Shown here: one piece after another, positions 44,902 through 54,791 of the stretch
Numbering within the stretch: position 1 is the first letter of the stretch
How the letters are laid out: each line of letters begins with the position of its first letter
Translations under genes and position numbers: made by a program
From: Chitinophagaceae bacterium
GTDB lineage: Bacteria > Bacteroidota > Bacteroidia > Chitinophagales > Chitinophagaceae
Direction: 5' to 3'
DNA: 64,000 bases
Assembly: GCA_020847395.1 (NCBI GenBank)
Contig: JADLCD010000107.1
Coordinates: 1,108-65,107 of the forward strand
The notes under the pieces: model-generated
Database searches by the model: none
What the model was told of the DNA's origin: nothing
What the model saw: only the letters and a program-made list of their open reading frames with translations

Positions 44902-47502
44902 ATGCGCATTAAGTATTTTTTCAGTTTTATTCTTTTGGTTTCCATTGTATGTTGTAAGCAGCAATCCGCTGTTAATAACAGTAAGGCTGATATTGCGGTA
45001 AAATGGGAGCTTCTCTCTAATTTTGAAGAAAATGGATATGCTGCCCGGTTTCATTTAACCAATAAAGCCGGCCAGGCACTAACCGATAAAAACTGGAAGA
45101 TATTTTTTTCCATTGCACCAAGCCCCGTCCTTCCAAATACTACACCCCAGCCAGCCAATATTGAGCATATAAATGGCGACTGGTTTAAGCTTTATCCCAA
45201 CCAGGGCTTTAGTTTAAAAGCAGGAGATTCTGTTACTATAGATTATAAAGCCACGGGGTATGTAATTAAAAATACGGATCAGCCGCTGGGTATTTATATT
45301 GTTTTTTATGATGCTGATGGAAAAGAAGAAAATATTACGCCCATTACTGACTACACGCTTATTCCGTATACAAAAAAAGAACAATTGCTGAGGGGCAAAG
45401 CAGATCATGAATTACCTGCCTCTGCTGAAAAAACATACATTGAAAATACCGGGTTATCTGTATTGCCGGAAAACCAGTTATTGCCAATCATCCCCACTCC
45501 CCTTTCTTTCACAAAACTTGATGGATCGTTTGATTTGAATATAGCCACTATCACTTTTTCTGACTCTTTAAATGAAGAAGCACGCCTGCTGGCAGAAAGA
45601 CTTAAAGAAATTACAGGTAAAGATTTTTCAACCAAAGCAAGCAATTCAGCGCAGAAGGGTATTCATCTTTCTATTAATGCTGCATCATTGAAAAATAAAA
45701 ACAATGAAGCCTATCGTATCTCTATTAATAATGACGGTGTATTTATTACGGGCTATGATGCGGCAGGCGTTTTTTATGGTATACAAAGCCTGCTTTCTTT
45801 AATACCTACTAAAGTGTATCTTGAAAAAGAAAAGCAAATAAAATTACCATACGTGGTAATTGATGATGCCCCACGTTTTGCGTTCCGTAGTTTGCATGTG
45901 GATGTAAGCCGCAATTTTCAAACCAAAGAAAATATTTTCAGAATACTTGATGTGCTTGCACAATATAAAATCAACCGGCTTTTATTATATACCTCAGAAG
46001 ATGAAGGATGGCGTGTGGAAATTCCGGGTTTGCCTGAACTTACTGAAGTAGGCGCAAGGCGGCAGCATATAAGTGGAAGAGAAGTTGCTGCATTACATCC
46101 TGCTTATGGTTCCGGGCCTTTTGCCGACTCAAAAGATAATTACGGCACCGGGTATTACACGCGTAAGGATTTCATTGAAATTTTAAAATACGCCAAACAA
46201 AGGCATATCAACATCATTCCTGAACTTAATTTTCCGGGACATGCAAGGGCTGCTATCAAATCGATGGAAGCGCGCTATGAAAAATTAATGAAGGAAGGAA
46301 AGAAAGAGGAAGCGGAGGAGTACAGGTTAACTGATCCGGATGATAAATCAGAATACATTTCCGCACAGATGTATAAAGACAATGTGGTAGATGTAACACG
46401 TGAATCTGCATACAAATTTTATGAAAAAGTAGTGGAAGAATTCGGCAAGATGTATAAAGAAGCAGGATTAGTGATGCATGAATTTCATGCAGGTGGCGAT
46501 GAGGTTGCAGATGGCGCATGGACAAAATCACCACATGCGCTTGAGCTTTTAAAGCAGCATCCGGAAATTAAAAATGCCAAAAATATACAGGCGTATTTTT
46601 TTAGAGAATTATTAAAAAGATTAGAGAAAAAAGGATTGGAAATACACGGTTGGGAAGAAGCGTTCTTAATTAAAGATTCAACAGGCAAACTTGCCCCCAA
46701 TGCTGAATTTGCCAGTAAGCCTGTGGTGCCCTATATATGGAACAATATGTTTGATTATCCAGACCTGGGTTACCGGTTAGCCAACCAGGGGTATAATATT
46801 GTGCTCTGCAATGTTTCTAATTTTTATTTTGATCTTGCCTATAACAATGATCCTGCAGAACCGGGTTTGTATTGGGCAGGTTTTATTGACACAAAAAATG
46901 CCTGGGCATTTGCGCCATTCAATATGTTTAATACAACATTTAAAAGTTCGATGGGCGAAGTACTGGAATGGGATAAACCAAACAGCCCCTGGCAAAAATT
47001 AAAACCCGAAGCACAGAAAAATATTTTAGGGCTGGAAGCGCAATTGTGGAGCGAAACAATTAAAGGCAGGGATATGATTGAATATTATATGTTGCCTAAA
47101 CTAATTGGCTTTGCAGAAAGTGCATGGTCGCCGGAAAGAAAATGGGAGAAGGAAGGCAACCGCCAAAAAAGAATACAGCAAATAAATGAAGGCTGGAACC
47201 AGTTTGCAAACACCATTGCGCAAAAAGAGTTTCCAAAGTTAGCACATGCCAACGGAGGATATAATTACCGTGTTCCGCCCGCCGGGGCAGTTATTGAAAA
47301 TGGTGAAATAAAAGCGAATGTGGCGTTGCCAGGTATAAGCATACATTATACAACTGATGGTTCTGAGCCAACGATGCAATCGCCGGTATATTCAGCGCCG
47401 GTACCGGCAACAGCAACTTTTACATTTAAAACTTTTGATGCTTCCGGAAAATCGGGCAGAACTGTTGTTGTGGAAAAACCTGCAACACAGCGGTTGAATT
47501 AA
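44902..47502 (+). CDS. Large GH20 beta-hexosaminidase/chitobiase-like enzyme with N- and C-terminal accessory domains
   Basis: 866 aa with DDAPRFAFRSLHVDVSRNF, LLLYTSEDEGWRVE and FHAGGDEV. It has an N-terminal carbohydrate-binding-like domain and a lipoprotein-type signal. Confidence 0.9.
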   Translation: MRIKYFFSFILLVSIVCCKQQSAVNNSKADIAVKWELLSNFEENGYAARFHLTNKAGQALTDKNWKIFFSIAPSPVLPNTTPQPANIEHINGDWFKLYPNQGFSLKAGDSVTIDYKATGYVIKNTDQPLGIYIVFYDADGKEENITPITDYTLIPYTKKEQLLRGKADHELPASAEKTYIENTGLSVLPENQLLPIIPTPLSFTKLDGSFDLNIATITFSDSLNEEARLLAERLKEITGKDFSTKASNSAQKGIHLSINAASLKNKNNEAYRISINNDGVFITGYDAAGVFYGIQSLLSLIPTKVYLEKEKQIKLPYVVIDDAPRFAFRSLHVDVSRNFQTKENIFRILDVLAQYKINRLLLYTSEDEGWRVEIPGLPELTEVGARRQHISGREVAALHPAYGSGPFADSKDNYGTGYYTRKDFIEILKYAKQRHINIIPELNFPGHARAAIKSMEARYEKLMKEGKKEEAEEYRLTDPDDKSEYISAQMYKDNVVDVTRESAYKFYEKVVEEFGKMYKEAGLVMHEFHAGGDEVADGAWTKSPHALELLKQHPEIKNAKNIQAYFFRELLKRLEKKGLEIHGWEEAFLIKDSTGKLAPNAEFASKPVVPYIWNNMFDYPDLGYRLANQGYNIVLCNVSNFYFDLAYNNDPAEPGLYWAGFIDTKNAWAFAPFNMFNTTFKSSMGEVLEWDKPNSPWQKLKPEAQKNILGLEAQLWSETIKGRDMIEYYMLPKLIGFAESAWSPERKWEKEGNRQKRIQQINEGWNQFANTIAQKEFPKLAHANGGYNYRVPPAGAVIENGEIKANVALPGISIHYTTDGSEPTMQSPVYSAPVPATATFTFKTFDASGKSGRTVVVEKPATQRLN

Positions 47503-47550
47503 GTGAATGGGCAATGGTGAAATGTGAGAAGCGAAAGGGAGATGCTTGTG

Positions 47551-47603
47551 AAACCTATAAGGTTTGCAGTGCTGCAATGCCGTTCGGCAAACCTTATAGG
47601 TTT
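47551..47603. terminator. Bidirectional hairpin between convergent genes
   Basis: AAACCTATAAGGTTTGC (47551-47567) pairs perfectly with GCAAACCTTATAGGTTT (47587-47603), a 17-bp stem with a 19-nt loop. Confidence 0.6.
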
Positions 47604-47655
47604 GGTGCTCTGATAGTAACAGGAATGTACCTGAAACTTGAAACCTGCAACCTTC

Positions 47656-48825
47656 CTAATTCAACTCAACTTCACTTTCTACCGGCGTAACACTATAATC
47701 TGTTATTACATTATACAGCGTATCGCGCTCCACAGGTTTGCGCCTTGCCTGTTTAATAAGTGATACTAATTCCGCGGTATTCATTGAAGGATTTGTTTCC
47801 TCGCTGCCCGCCATTGAATAAATTTTAGTAGTATCATCAATTGTACCGTCAATATCATTTACACCGAATGATAAGGTGAGCTGCGCGTTTTGCCTGCCCA
47901 GCATTGGCCAGTATGCTTTAAGATGCGTGAAATTATCCATAAACAAACGGGCTATCGCATACATCCGCATGTCTTCCACTACAGATGATTCAGGCTTATC
48001 ACTCATCTCGTTATCCTTATTGCGAAACTTCAGCGGAATAAATGTATTGAAGCCGCCTGTTTTATCCTGCAAATCTCTCAGGCGTTTCATATGATCAACA
48101 CGATGCCAGTATTTTTCAATATGACCATATAGCATTGTTGCGTTACTATGCATACCCAACTTATGTGCTTCCTCATGAATACGCAGCCATCCATCGGCAT
48201 CTACTTTATCATCACATATCTGTTGTCGTATTTCAGGGTGAAAAATTTCCGCACCACCGCCAGGTAATGAATCAAGCCCTGCTTCTTTCATCTGCTTCAT
48301 GCCTTCTTCAACAGAAATTTTTGCTTTTCGAAACATATAATCCAACTCTACGGGCGTATACCCTTTAATATGTAATTCAGGACGATATGCTTTTATCTGC
48401 CGCATCAAATCCATAAAAAACTGCATAGTCATTTTAGGATGAACACCTCCTACAATATGCACTTCCGTTACAGGCTTGCCATCGTAGCTTTTTACAATAT
48501 GCATCATTTGTTCGGTACTCAGTTCCCAGCCTTCTTCCCGCTTTGCATACAACCTGGAATAAGAACAGAATTTACAACTGAATACACAAACATTGGTTGG
48601 CTCTATATGAAAGTTTCTATTGAAATACGTTGTATCGCCATGCAGTTTTTCTCTAACATAATTTGCCAATGCACCTACATAACCCAAGCTGCCTTTCTCA
48701 AAAAGAAGTATGCCATCTTCTTCTGAAAGTCTTTCTTTATTTAAAATTTTTTCTCCAATTACTTTTAACTCAGGTAACAGGGCGGAATTTTGCAGAAGCT
48801 TTTCTGCCGGTAAAACACTGTTCAT
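47656..48825 (-). CDS. mqnE: Radical SAM enzyme of the MqnE/MqnC/CofH family, most like aminofutalosine synthase MqnE
   Basis: CxxxCxxC motif (NVCVFSCKFCSY) preceded by FNRNFHIEPTN, which resembles my recollection of MqnE rather than MqnC. mqnB and mqnD are nearby. The start is set at the Met at 48825. Confidence 0.65.
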   Translation of the reverse strand: MNSVLPAEKLLQNSALLPELKVIGEKILNKERLSEEDGILLFEKGSLGYVGALANYVREKLHGDTTYFNRNFHIEPTNVCVFSCKFCSYSRLYAKREEGWELSTEQMMHIVKSYDGKPVTEVHIVGGVHPKMTMQFFMDLMRQIKAYRPELHIKGYTPVELDYMFRKAKISVEEGMKQMKEAGLDSLPGGGAEIFHPEIRQQICDDKVDADGWLRIHEEAHKLGMHSNATMLYGHIEKYWHRVDHMKRLRDLQDKTGGFNTFIPLKFRNKDNEMSDKPESSVVEDMRMYAIARLFMDNFTHLKAYWPMLGRQNAQLTLSFGVNDIDGTIDDTTKIYSMAGSEETNPSMNTAELVSLIKQARRKPVERDTLYNVITDYSVTPVESEVELN

Positions 48826-48907
48826 AAAATCTTCTTTTCTTGCCTTAGGATTTGTAAAGATACAAAGTAAGGAGAAAAGTTTCTTAGCAAGGGGGGATAT
48901 ATACCAA

Positions 48908-49261
48908 CTATTTGTACAGCGCAATAGCCTCTTTCAGTATCAATTTGATTTTCGTTACAGGAATATTTTTTGAAGGATTAATCAACAAAATTTTCATTCT
49001 TGCTCTTTTCTCCTGCAACAGATCAGGATGATGTAGTTTATCTCCCTGAACTATGCCTATATATGGTTGCTTAAACTTTTTATGTATCCATAAATAGCAT
49101 AACATTTTACCATTGAGGCAATAAAAAGGTAACCCGTATTTCCATTCCTCTGTAATACGATTGTGCTGTTTTGGAATAAATGCACGCAAGAATAAAAGAC
49201 AGCTTTTAACAGGCTCTTCTTTTTCAAGAAAAAAAACATCTATCGGTTTCAGCGTAGTCAT
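48908..49261 (-). CDS. DUF1801 (YdhG-like) domain protein
   Basis: 117 aa. Its size and pattern (..CLLFLRAFI....I.E.WKYG.P.Y...GK...YL) are typical of DUF1801. Confidence 0.55.
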   Translation of the reverse strand: MTTLKPIDVFFLEKEEPVKSCLLFLRAFIPKQHNRITEEWKYGLPFYCLNGKMLCYLWIHKKFKQPYIGIVQGDKLHHPDLLQEKRARMKILLINPSKNIPVTKIKLILKEAIALYK

Positions 49262-49268
49262 TATAATA

Positions 49269-49721
49269 TCATTTAACAGCTACTAATATCGGGATTTCAG
49301 CATTCAGTTTATCCTGCGCCTTTTCACCATATATCTCAATATCCGTAGTATATAATCGTTTAATATCCGCATTCCATATTTTTAGCCATTCCTGGTAAAC
49401 TATGTCATTATCCAAAGCCCCTTTGGCAATAAATATTTGATATTTATCCCCGGTAAATTGTTTTGTTGTTATACCTGGTTCATTTACTTCTGCCTGAACA
49501 CGACAACCAAGCAGCGTGCTGTATGGCCGGGTATGATCTTTTTCATAATCGGTGTATATACAATATAACGTATTATCAATTTTCCCGGGCAGTTTGTTCA
49601 GAATATCCTCTGCAAAAAAGCGTTGCCATAGCGCGGGAATATCTTTAGCTGATTGACCGTTTTCATTAGTTGTTCGTATTGACAAACCGGCGATAATTAC
49701 ATTTTCATTTTGTTTTATCAT
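49269..49721 (-). CDS. GyrI-like small-molecule-binding domain protein
   Basis: 150 aa. IAGLSIRTTNENG....IPALWQRF is typical of the AraC effector-binding/GyrI-like fold. Confidence 0.7.
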   Translation of the reverse strand: MIKQNENVIIAGLSIRTTNENGQSAKDIPALWQRFFAEDILNKLPGKIDNTLYCIYTDYEKDHTRPYSTLLGCRVQAEVNEPGITTKQFTGDKYQIFIAKGALDNDIVYQEWLKIWNADIKRLYTTDIEIYGEKAQDKLNAEIPILVAVK

Positions 49722-49772
49722 TGTTGCGTTTTAATTAAAGCAAAATTATAAACGCCTTGTGTCAACAGTATG

Positions 49773-50489
49773 TCAGGGGTTAGCAAAAGAATTTTTACGG
49801 CAGTTTTCAAAATGTTTTTCGAGATCAAAATCGTGAGGTTGGAATTTTTCGCTGCTTGGGTGCAGTTGCTGAATCTGGTCGAGCCTGAATGATCTTAATG
49901 CTTTTCTCATCCTGCACCATGCAATCAATATCCAGTTTTCACTGGTGCTGTACAATGCTAATGATTCTATTTCACGTTTGGTGATTTGCCTCGTCTCTAT
50001 GGATTTGTACTCAATTTTCAATAAGGTACAGTTGGTGATAGAAAGTTGTATAACAGATAAGAAATTACTCGTGGTATCACCGGAAATATTGTGACGTATC
50101 TGTATTCTGCCTGCTAAAAGTTCAGCCTTGTCTTTTGTATTATATCTTAGTAATGCCTTGATCTTTGTTGTGGCTTCCGTATAGTGTTGCACAAACGATG
50201 CGTCTTTATTCTTTAACACCAATTGCTCCGCGGTAATTAAAGCATTTACTTCCGCTTCGGTCAGCATTAATGGAGGCAAAATATACCCATCCATTAAAGT
50301 ATAGCCTTTACCTTCTTCAGTAAGAATGGGCACTCCGGCAGATTCCAGCGCTCTTATATCCCTGTATACCGTGCGGATGCTGATATTAAACTTCTTTGCA
50401 ATTGCTGTTGCGGTAACAAGCCGCTTCGACTGAAGGTAAGTTAATATAGCTGTGAGTCTCGATAAACGTGAAACATCCGTATCAGCCAT
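49773..50489 (-). CDS. YafY family transcriptional regulator (HTH plus WYL domains)
   Basis: The N-terminal RLSRLTAILTYLQSKRLVTATAIAKKFNISIRTVYRDIRALESAGVPI is a DeoR-type HTH_11. The C-terminal part is a WYL-like domain (WILIAWC.MR...R.FRLDQI). Confidence 0.85.
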   Translation of the reverse strand: MADTDVSRLSRLTAILTYLQSKRLVTATAIAKKFNISIRTVYRDIRALESAGVPILTEEGKGYTLMDGYILPPLMLTEAEVNALITAEQLVLKNKDASFVQHYTEATTKIKALLRYNTKDKAELLAGRIQIRHNISGDTTSNFLSVIQLSITNCTLLKIEYKSIETRQITKREIESLALYSTSENWILIAWCRMRKALRSFRLDQIQQLHPSSEKFQPHDFDLEKHFENCRKNSFANP

Positions 50490-50504
50490 ATTTGTTTATT
50501 TAAT

Positions 50505-51101
50505 TTAATGTAGCGAAGAACCAATTAATCGTATAAACTCGCTTCGTGTTTCATTCTTCTCAAACTCTCCAAAAAAAGCAGAGGTTGTAGTAACAGAATT
50601 TTGTTTCTGTACGCCGCGCATCATCATACACAAATGTGAGGCTTCAATTACTACAGCAACGCCCAGAGGTTGTAACGCATCTTTTATAGCATCGAGTATT
50701 TGTGTGGTTAATCTTTCCTGTACCTGCAGGCGACGGGCATATACATCTACCACACGGGCTATTTTGCTTAATCCTGTTATCCAGCCATTGGGGATATATG
50801 CCACATGCGCTTTACCAAAAAAAGGCAACATGTGGTGCTCGCACATACTGTATATTTCAATATCTTTTACAATAATCATTTCACTTACCGCTTCGTGAAA
50901 CTTGGCAGAGTTCAGTATATCTCTTGAACTTTGCTGATAACCCTGCGTTATAAACTGCATTGCTTTTGCTATTCGTTCCGGTGTTTTAAGCAGCCCTTCT
51001 CTTTTCGGATCTTCTCCCAATAAACCAAGCGCCTTTTCATATGTTTCAATCAATGCGGCAGTGGTATCGCCATCATATTGCTCAAGCTTTTTGTATGCCA
51101 T
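50505..51101 (-). CDS. folE: GTP cyclohydrolase I
   Basis: 198 aa with the [18 protein letters not shown] and ...HLCMMMRGV... motifs. Confidence 0.95.
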   Translation of the reverse strand: MAYKKLEQYDGDTTAALIETYEKALGLLGEDPKREGLLKTPERIAKAMQFITQGYQQSSRDILNSAKFHEAVSEMIIVKDIEIYSMCEHHMLPFFGKAHVAYIPNGWITGLSKIARVVDVYARRLQVQERLTTQILDAIKDALQPLGVAVVIEASHLCMMMRGVQKQNSVTTTSAFFGEFEKNETRSEFIRLIGSSLH

Positions 51102-51127
51102 GTTCAGATTAAATTTTATTGCGGTAA

Positions 51128-51541
51128 TTACGCAGGATATTCAACAAAATTTCTTGGTGTTTCATATAGTTTTACCTGTATCTCATTCTTAGCATCAATA
51201 CGCAGGCGAAGCAGGTTATAAATTACAATCGCTATATTTTCAGCCGTAGGGTTAAGGTTTTTAAATGCTGCGGTATCAAGATTTAAATTTTTATGATCAA
51301 ACCGCTCAATTATTTCTTCTTTAATAATATCCGATAACACTTTTAAATCCATTACAAAACCTGTTTCTGCAGCAGGCTCTCCAACTACTTTAACTTCTAA
51401 CTCATAATTATGCCCGTGATAATGCGGGTTACTGCATTTGCCAAACACTTTAAAATTAGTGGCATCATCCCAGCCGGGATTACTCAATCTATGCGCCGCG
51501 TTAAAACGCTCTCTGCGGTATACCGCTACTTTTCTGCTCAT
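51128..51541 (-). CDS. 6-pyruvoyl-tetrahydropterin synthase family protein (PTPS/QueD superfamily), paralogue 1
   Basis: [20 protein letters not shown] (Cys and His ligands), DHKNLN, and the C-terminal [10 protein letters not shown]. It closely resembles the mammalian-type PTPS pattern. The start is set at the Met at 51541. Confidence 0.85.
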   Translation of the reverse strand: MSRKVAVYRRERFNAAHRLSNPGWDDATNFKVFGKCSNPHYHGHNYELEVKVVGEPAAETGFVMDLKVLSDIIKEEIIERFDHKNLNLDTAAFKNLNPTAENIAIVIYNLLRLRIDAKNEIQVKLYETPRNFVEYPA

Positions 51542-51770
51542 CTTAATAAAATGAAGTGGCAAAAGTACGGACAAATAACATATAGTATGCAAGAGTCGCC
51601 AGAGGCAACAAAAGCAGCGTGCGTGGCGAGGACGCCACGCACAGTAGTAATGCTAAGCGAACCTGCCTGACGGCAGTCAGGGACTGCTTAACACAGCAGC
51701 AGCAAATATTTTTTTTCCAAAAAAAGAATTAAGCTGCTTCTTTTATAATCTGCGCTTCTATCAGCCGTAT

Positions 51771-52181
51771 CTATTCCCCGTAATACTCCACATATATCTG
51801 CGGTGTTTCGTATAATTTAATGCAGTGCAGTTGAACGCGTGCCGGCAAACGGTTTACCAATTGCTTCCATATACCTATAGCAAGATTTTCAGTTGAACAA
51901 AATTGCCCTTTCATAAAATCTACATCCACATTCAGGTTTAAATGATCAATCTTTTCCAGCACAAATTCATTAATCAATAAGCTCAGTTTTTTTACATCCA
52001 TAATAAAGCCTGTATCCGGATCGGGATTTCCCTTTACAGTTACATATAAATCGTAGTTATGCCCATGCCAGTTTTCGTTTGCGCATTTACCAAAAATTGC
52101 TTCATTTTTTTCAACACTCCATGCTGCATTGTATAATTTATGCGCCGCGTTAAAATGCTCTATACGGGTAAGATATACCAT
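51771..52181 (-). CDS. 6-pyruvoyl-tetrahydropterin synthase family protein, paralogue 2
   Basis: FNAAHKL, GKCANENWHGHNY, DHLNLN, and YETPQIYVEYYGE. It is a tandem paralogue of 51128-51541. The start is set at the Met at 52181. Confidence 0.85.
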   Translation of the reverse strand: MVYLTRIEHFNAAHKLYNAAWSVEKNEAIFGKCANENWHGHNYDLYVTVKGNPDPDTGFIMDVKKLSLLINEFVLEKIDHLNLNVDVDFMKGQFCSTENLAIGIWKQLVNRLPARVQLHCIKLYETPQIYVEYYGE

Positions 52182-52279
52182 TTCTGCTCCAGATTTCCGC
52201 AAAGGTAAAGTATATGTCCTAAGGAGTAAAACATAACCCGGACAGCTCTTTTGAATGCGGAAATCCTGAAATTTGTAGT

Positions 52280-52939
52280 ATGAATATTTTGATTGTAGCC
52301 GCTACGCCACAGGAAGTTGCAGTTACCCGGCAATATCTCGCTGAAAAAAAATATCAGCGTAAGGATTGCAGCGTACATACATTAATAACCGGCGTTGGAT
52401 TGGTAAATACTACCTATGCCCTTTCAAAATATATATTAAAAAACAAACCCGACCTGGCCATCCAGGCTGGCATTGGCGGCAGCTTTCATCCTTTTTATGC
52501 GCCAGGAGCAGTATATGTGATACGTGAAGAAGTTTTTGGTGATATCGGCGTGGAAGAACAAAATGAATTCAAAGATTTATTTGACCTGCATCTTGCAGAT
52601 AACAGCTTTCCTTTCTCTGATAAATTGCTTAAAAATCCTCATGTCGCTATTCTGAATAAAATAAAGTTAAAGCAGGTAAGAGCTGTAAGTGTGAATGAAA
52701 TAACAACCAATGCCGGCAGGATACATCATCTCATGGAAAAGTACAATGTGCTGATTGAATCGATGGAAGGGGCGGCATTTCATTATGTATGTTTGCAGGA
52801 AAATATTCCTTTTGTTCAGTTGAGGGCAGTTTCCAATTTTGTGGGTGAGCGGGATAAGTCAAGGTGGCTGATAAAAGAAGCCATTGAAAGCCTGAACAGG
52901 GAATTGATTGCAGCGATAAGACCTTTATTATGTCATTGA
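52280..52939 (+). CDS. mqnB: Futalosine hydrolase
   Basis: 219 aa PNP/UDP-phosphorylase-fold protein with MNILIVAATPQE...ITGVGLVNT...AGIGGSF...SMEGAAF, a typical MqnB pattern. It is adjacent to mqnD. Confidence 0.8.
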   Translation: MNILIVAATPQEVAVTRQYLAEKKYQRKDCSVHTLITGVGLVNTTYALSKYILKNKPDLAIQAGIGGSFHPFYAPGAVYVIREEVFGDIGVEEQNEFKDLFDLHLADNSFPFSDKLLKNPHVAILNKIKLKQVRAVSVNEITTNAGRIHHLMEKYNVLIESMEGAAFHYVCLQENIPFVQLRAVSNFVGERDKSRWLIKEAIESLNRELIAAIRPLLCH

Positions 52940-53076
52940 AAAAAAGTATATACCGCCACGAATTCCAGCGTCCCGCCCAGGGCGGGATGATTAAGAATAC
53001 AACAAAAAGCCACGAATGCATGAATGTTATTTTAAATGTCTGGATTTATTCGTGGCTACATTTTAATTTATAGTGC

Positions 53077-53922
53077 ATGAAATTTACACTCGGATTTTCT
53101 CCCTGTCCTAATGATACTTTTATTTTTGACGCGCTGGTAAATAAAAAAATTGATACCGGCAATATGGAATTTGATGTGGTGCTGGAAGATGTGCAAACAC
53201 TGAACCGCTGGGCAATTGAAGGCAAACTGGATATAAGCAAAATCAGCTATGGTGTTTTACCGCTGGTGCTTGCTCAATATAAAATATTGCATAGCGGCGG
53301 CGCGTTAGGCAAAGGCGTTGGGCCATTATTAATATCCGCCAATCCTGTTAACATATATGTCAAAGATTTTGATATCAATGATTACACTATCGCTATACCG
53401 GGAGAAAACACTACTGCTCACCTGCTATTTTCACTTGCATTCCCTAATGCGAAAAATAAAGTCTTTAAAATTTTCCACGAGATAGAAGATTTTTTACTGA
53501 CCAATGCTCATCAAAAAACATTGGGAGTTATTATTCACGAAAACAGGTTTACTTACCAGCACAAAGGCTTGCACAAACTGATTGATCTTGGCGAATTCTG
53601 GGAAAAGAAAACCGGTTACCCCATACCGTTAGGCGGCATTGCTGTAAGGAAAAATATATTACCTACTATACAAGCTGATATAGACAAGCTTATTCAGCAA
53701 AGTATTAAATACGCTTTTAACAACTATCCCTCGTTGCCGGAATATGTAAAACTACACTCACAGGAAATGGAAGAAATTGTGATGCGGCAGCATATTGATT
53801 TATATGTAAACAATTATTCCATTAATATAGGTGAAGACGGTAAAGAAGCCGTGAATGAATTTTTGAATATTTATGAACGCAATAATCCTGTATCTTCCAT
53901 TAACCATAATGTATTTATATAA
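53077..53922 (+). CDS. mqnD: 1,4-dihydroxy-6-naphthoate synthase
   Basis: 281 aa. MKFTLGFSPCPNDTFIFDALV...DISKISY is the MqnD/VitK2_biosynth signature. Confidence 0.85.
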   Translation: MKFTLGFSPCPNDTFIFDALVNKKIDTGNMEFDVVLEDVQTLNRWAIEGKLDISKISYGVLPLVLAQYKILHSGGALGKGVGPLLISANPVNIYVKDFDINDYTIAIPGENTTAHLLFSLAFPNAKNKVFKIFHEIEDFLLTNAHQKTLGVIIHENRFTYQHKGLHKLIDLGEFWEKKTGYPIPLGGIAVRKNILPTIQADIDKLIQQSIKYAFNNYPSLPEYVKLHSQEMEEIVMRQHIDLYVNNYSINIGEDGKEAVNEFLNIYERNNPVSSINHNVFI

Positions 53923-53946
53923 CGCTAACCTGTAAACACAATTATT

Positions 53947-54615
53947 TTGAAAAAACTGTTTGACGTACACAATGAGTTTTTCAACCTGCTTGGTTACTCC
54001 ATGAGTTATATTGAATTCTTTGGCGTAATAAGTGGACTGGTGGCAGTCTGGCTTTCAGCAAAGGCGCATATATGGAGTTGGCCGGTGGGCATCATTAATG
54101 TTGTACTCTCGTTCATATTATACTACCAGGTGCAATTATATCCTGACATGTTTTTGCAGGCTTTCTTTTTTGTTACCAATATTATGGGTTGGTGGCGATG
54201 GAGTCACCCTAAGCCCGAAGAGGCTGATAAAAAACAAGAGCTGAAAGTGAGTTATATGAAGCGGTCACAACTAATCTTCACCATCGGCATAACTATCGCC
54301 GGCACATTACTACTCGGAAGCTTTGCGAGTCGCCTGCATGAGTGGTTCCCGATTGTATTCAGTATACCCAGCGCATATCCTTATGCAGATTCTTTTATTA
54401 TGGTGATGAGCATTATTACTACTTTTTACATGATACAAAAGAAAATAGAATGCTGGATCATCTGGATTATAGTTGACGTTGTTGCCACATACCTGTACTA
54501 TATAAAAGGAATAAAATTTTACAGCTTTGAATACATGGTATTTTGTGGCATTGCCGCCTTTGGTTTGTGGAACTGGATAAGAGAATACAAATCTTATGCA
54601 AAGCAGCCTGCATGA
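53947..54615 (+). CDS. pnuC: Nicotinamide riboside transporter PnuC
   Basis: 7-8 TM helices with W.WPVGIINV and LQ..F....I.GWWRW motifs. It has a TTG start, and an alternative start is the Met at MSYIEFFG. Confidence 0.85.
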   Translation: MKKLFDVHNEFFNLLGYSMSYIEFFGVISGLVAVWLSAKAHIWSWPVGIINVVLSFILYYQVQLYPDMFLQAFFFVTNIMGWWRWSHPKPEEADKKQELKVSYMKRSQLIFTIGITIAGTLLLGSFASRLHEWFPIVFSIPSAYPYADSFIMVMSIITTFYMIQKKIECWIIWIIVDVVATYLYYIKGIKFYSFEYMVFCGIAAFGLWNWIREYKSYAKQPA

Positions 54616-54791
54616 AAAGAGGATTAGTGATAGGAGAATTTATGCCCTTGCACAAAGGGCATATCACATTGATTGAATTTGCCACAGCGCAATGTGATGA
54701 ACTGATTATTTCCATGAGCTATACTGATGCAGATGCTATTGATCCGCAATTGCGCTTTGCCTGGAAAAAAGGAAAATTGAATATATACTGA
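54612..54791 (+). pseudogene. Truncated NadR-like / cytidylyltransferase-family gene remnant (N-terminal 59 codons only)
   Basis: Its ATG overlaps the pnuC stop (ATGA). It encodes MKRGLVIGEFMPLHKGHITLIEFA..CDELIISMSY, which contains the (H/T)xGH nucleotidyltransferase motif. It stops after about 59 aa, whereas my expectation is about 170-340 aa for full-length homologues. 196 bp of non-coding word-repeat sequence follow. Confidence 0.6.
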
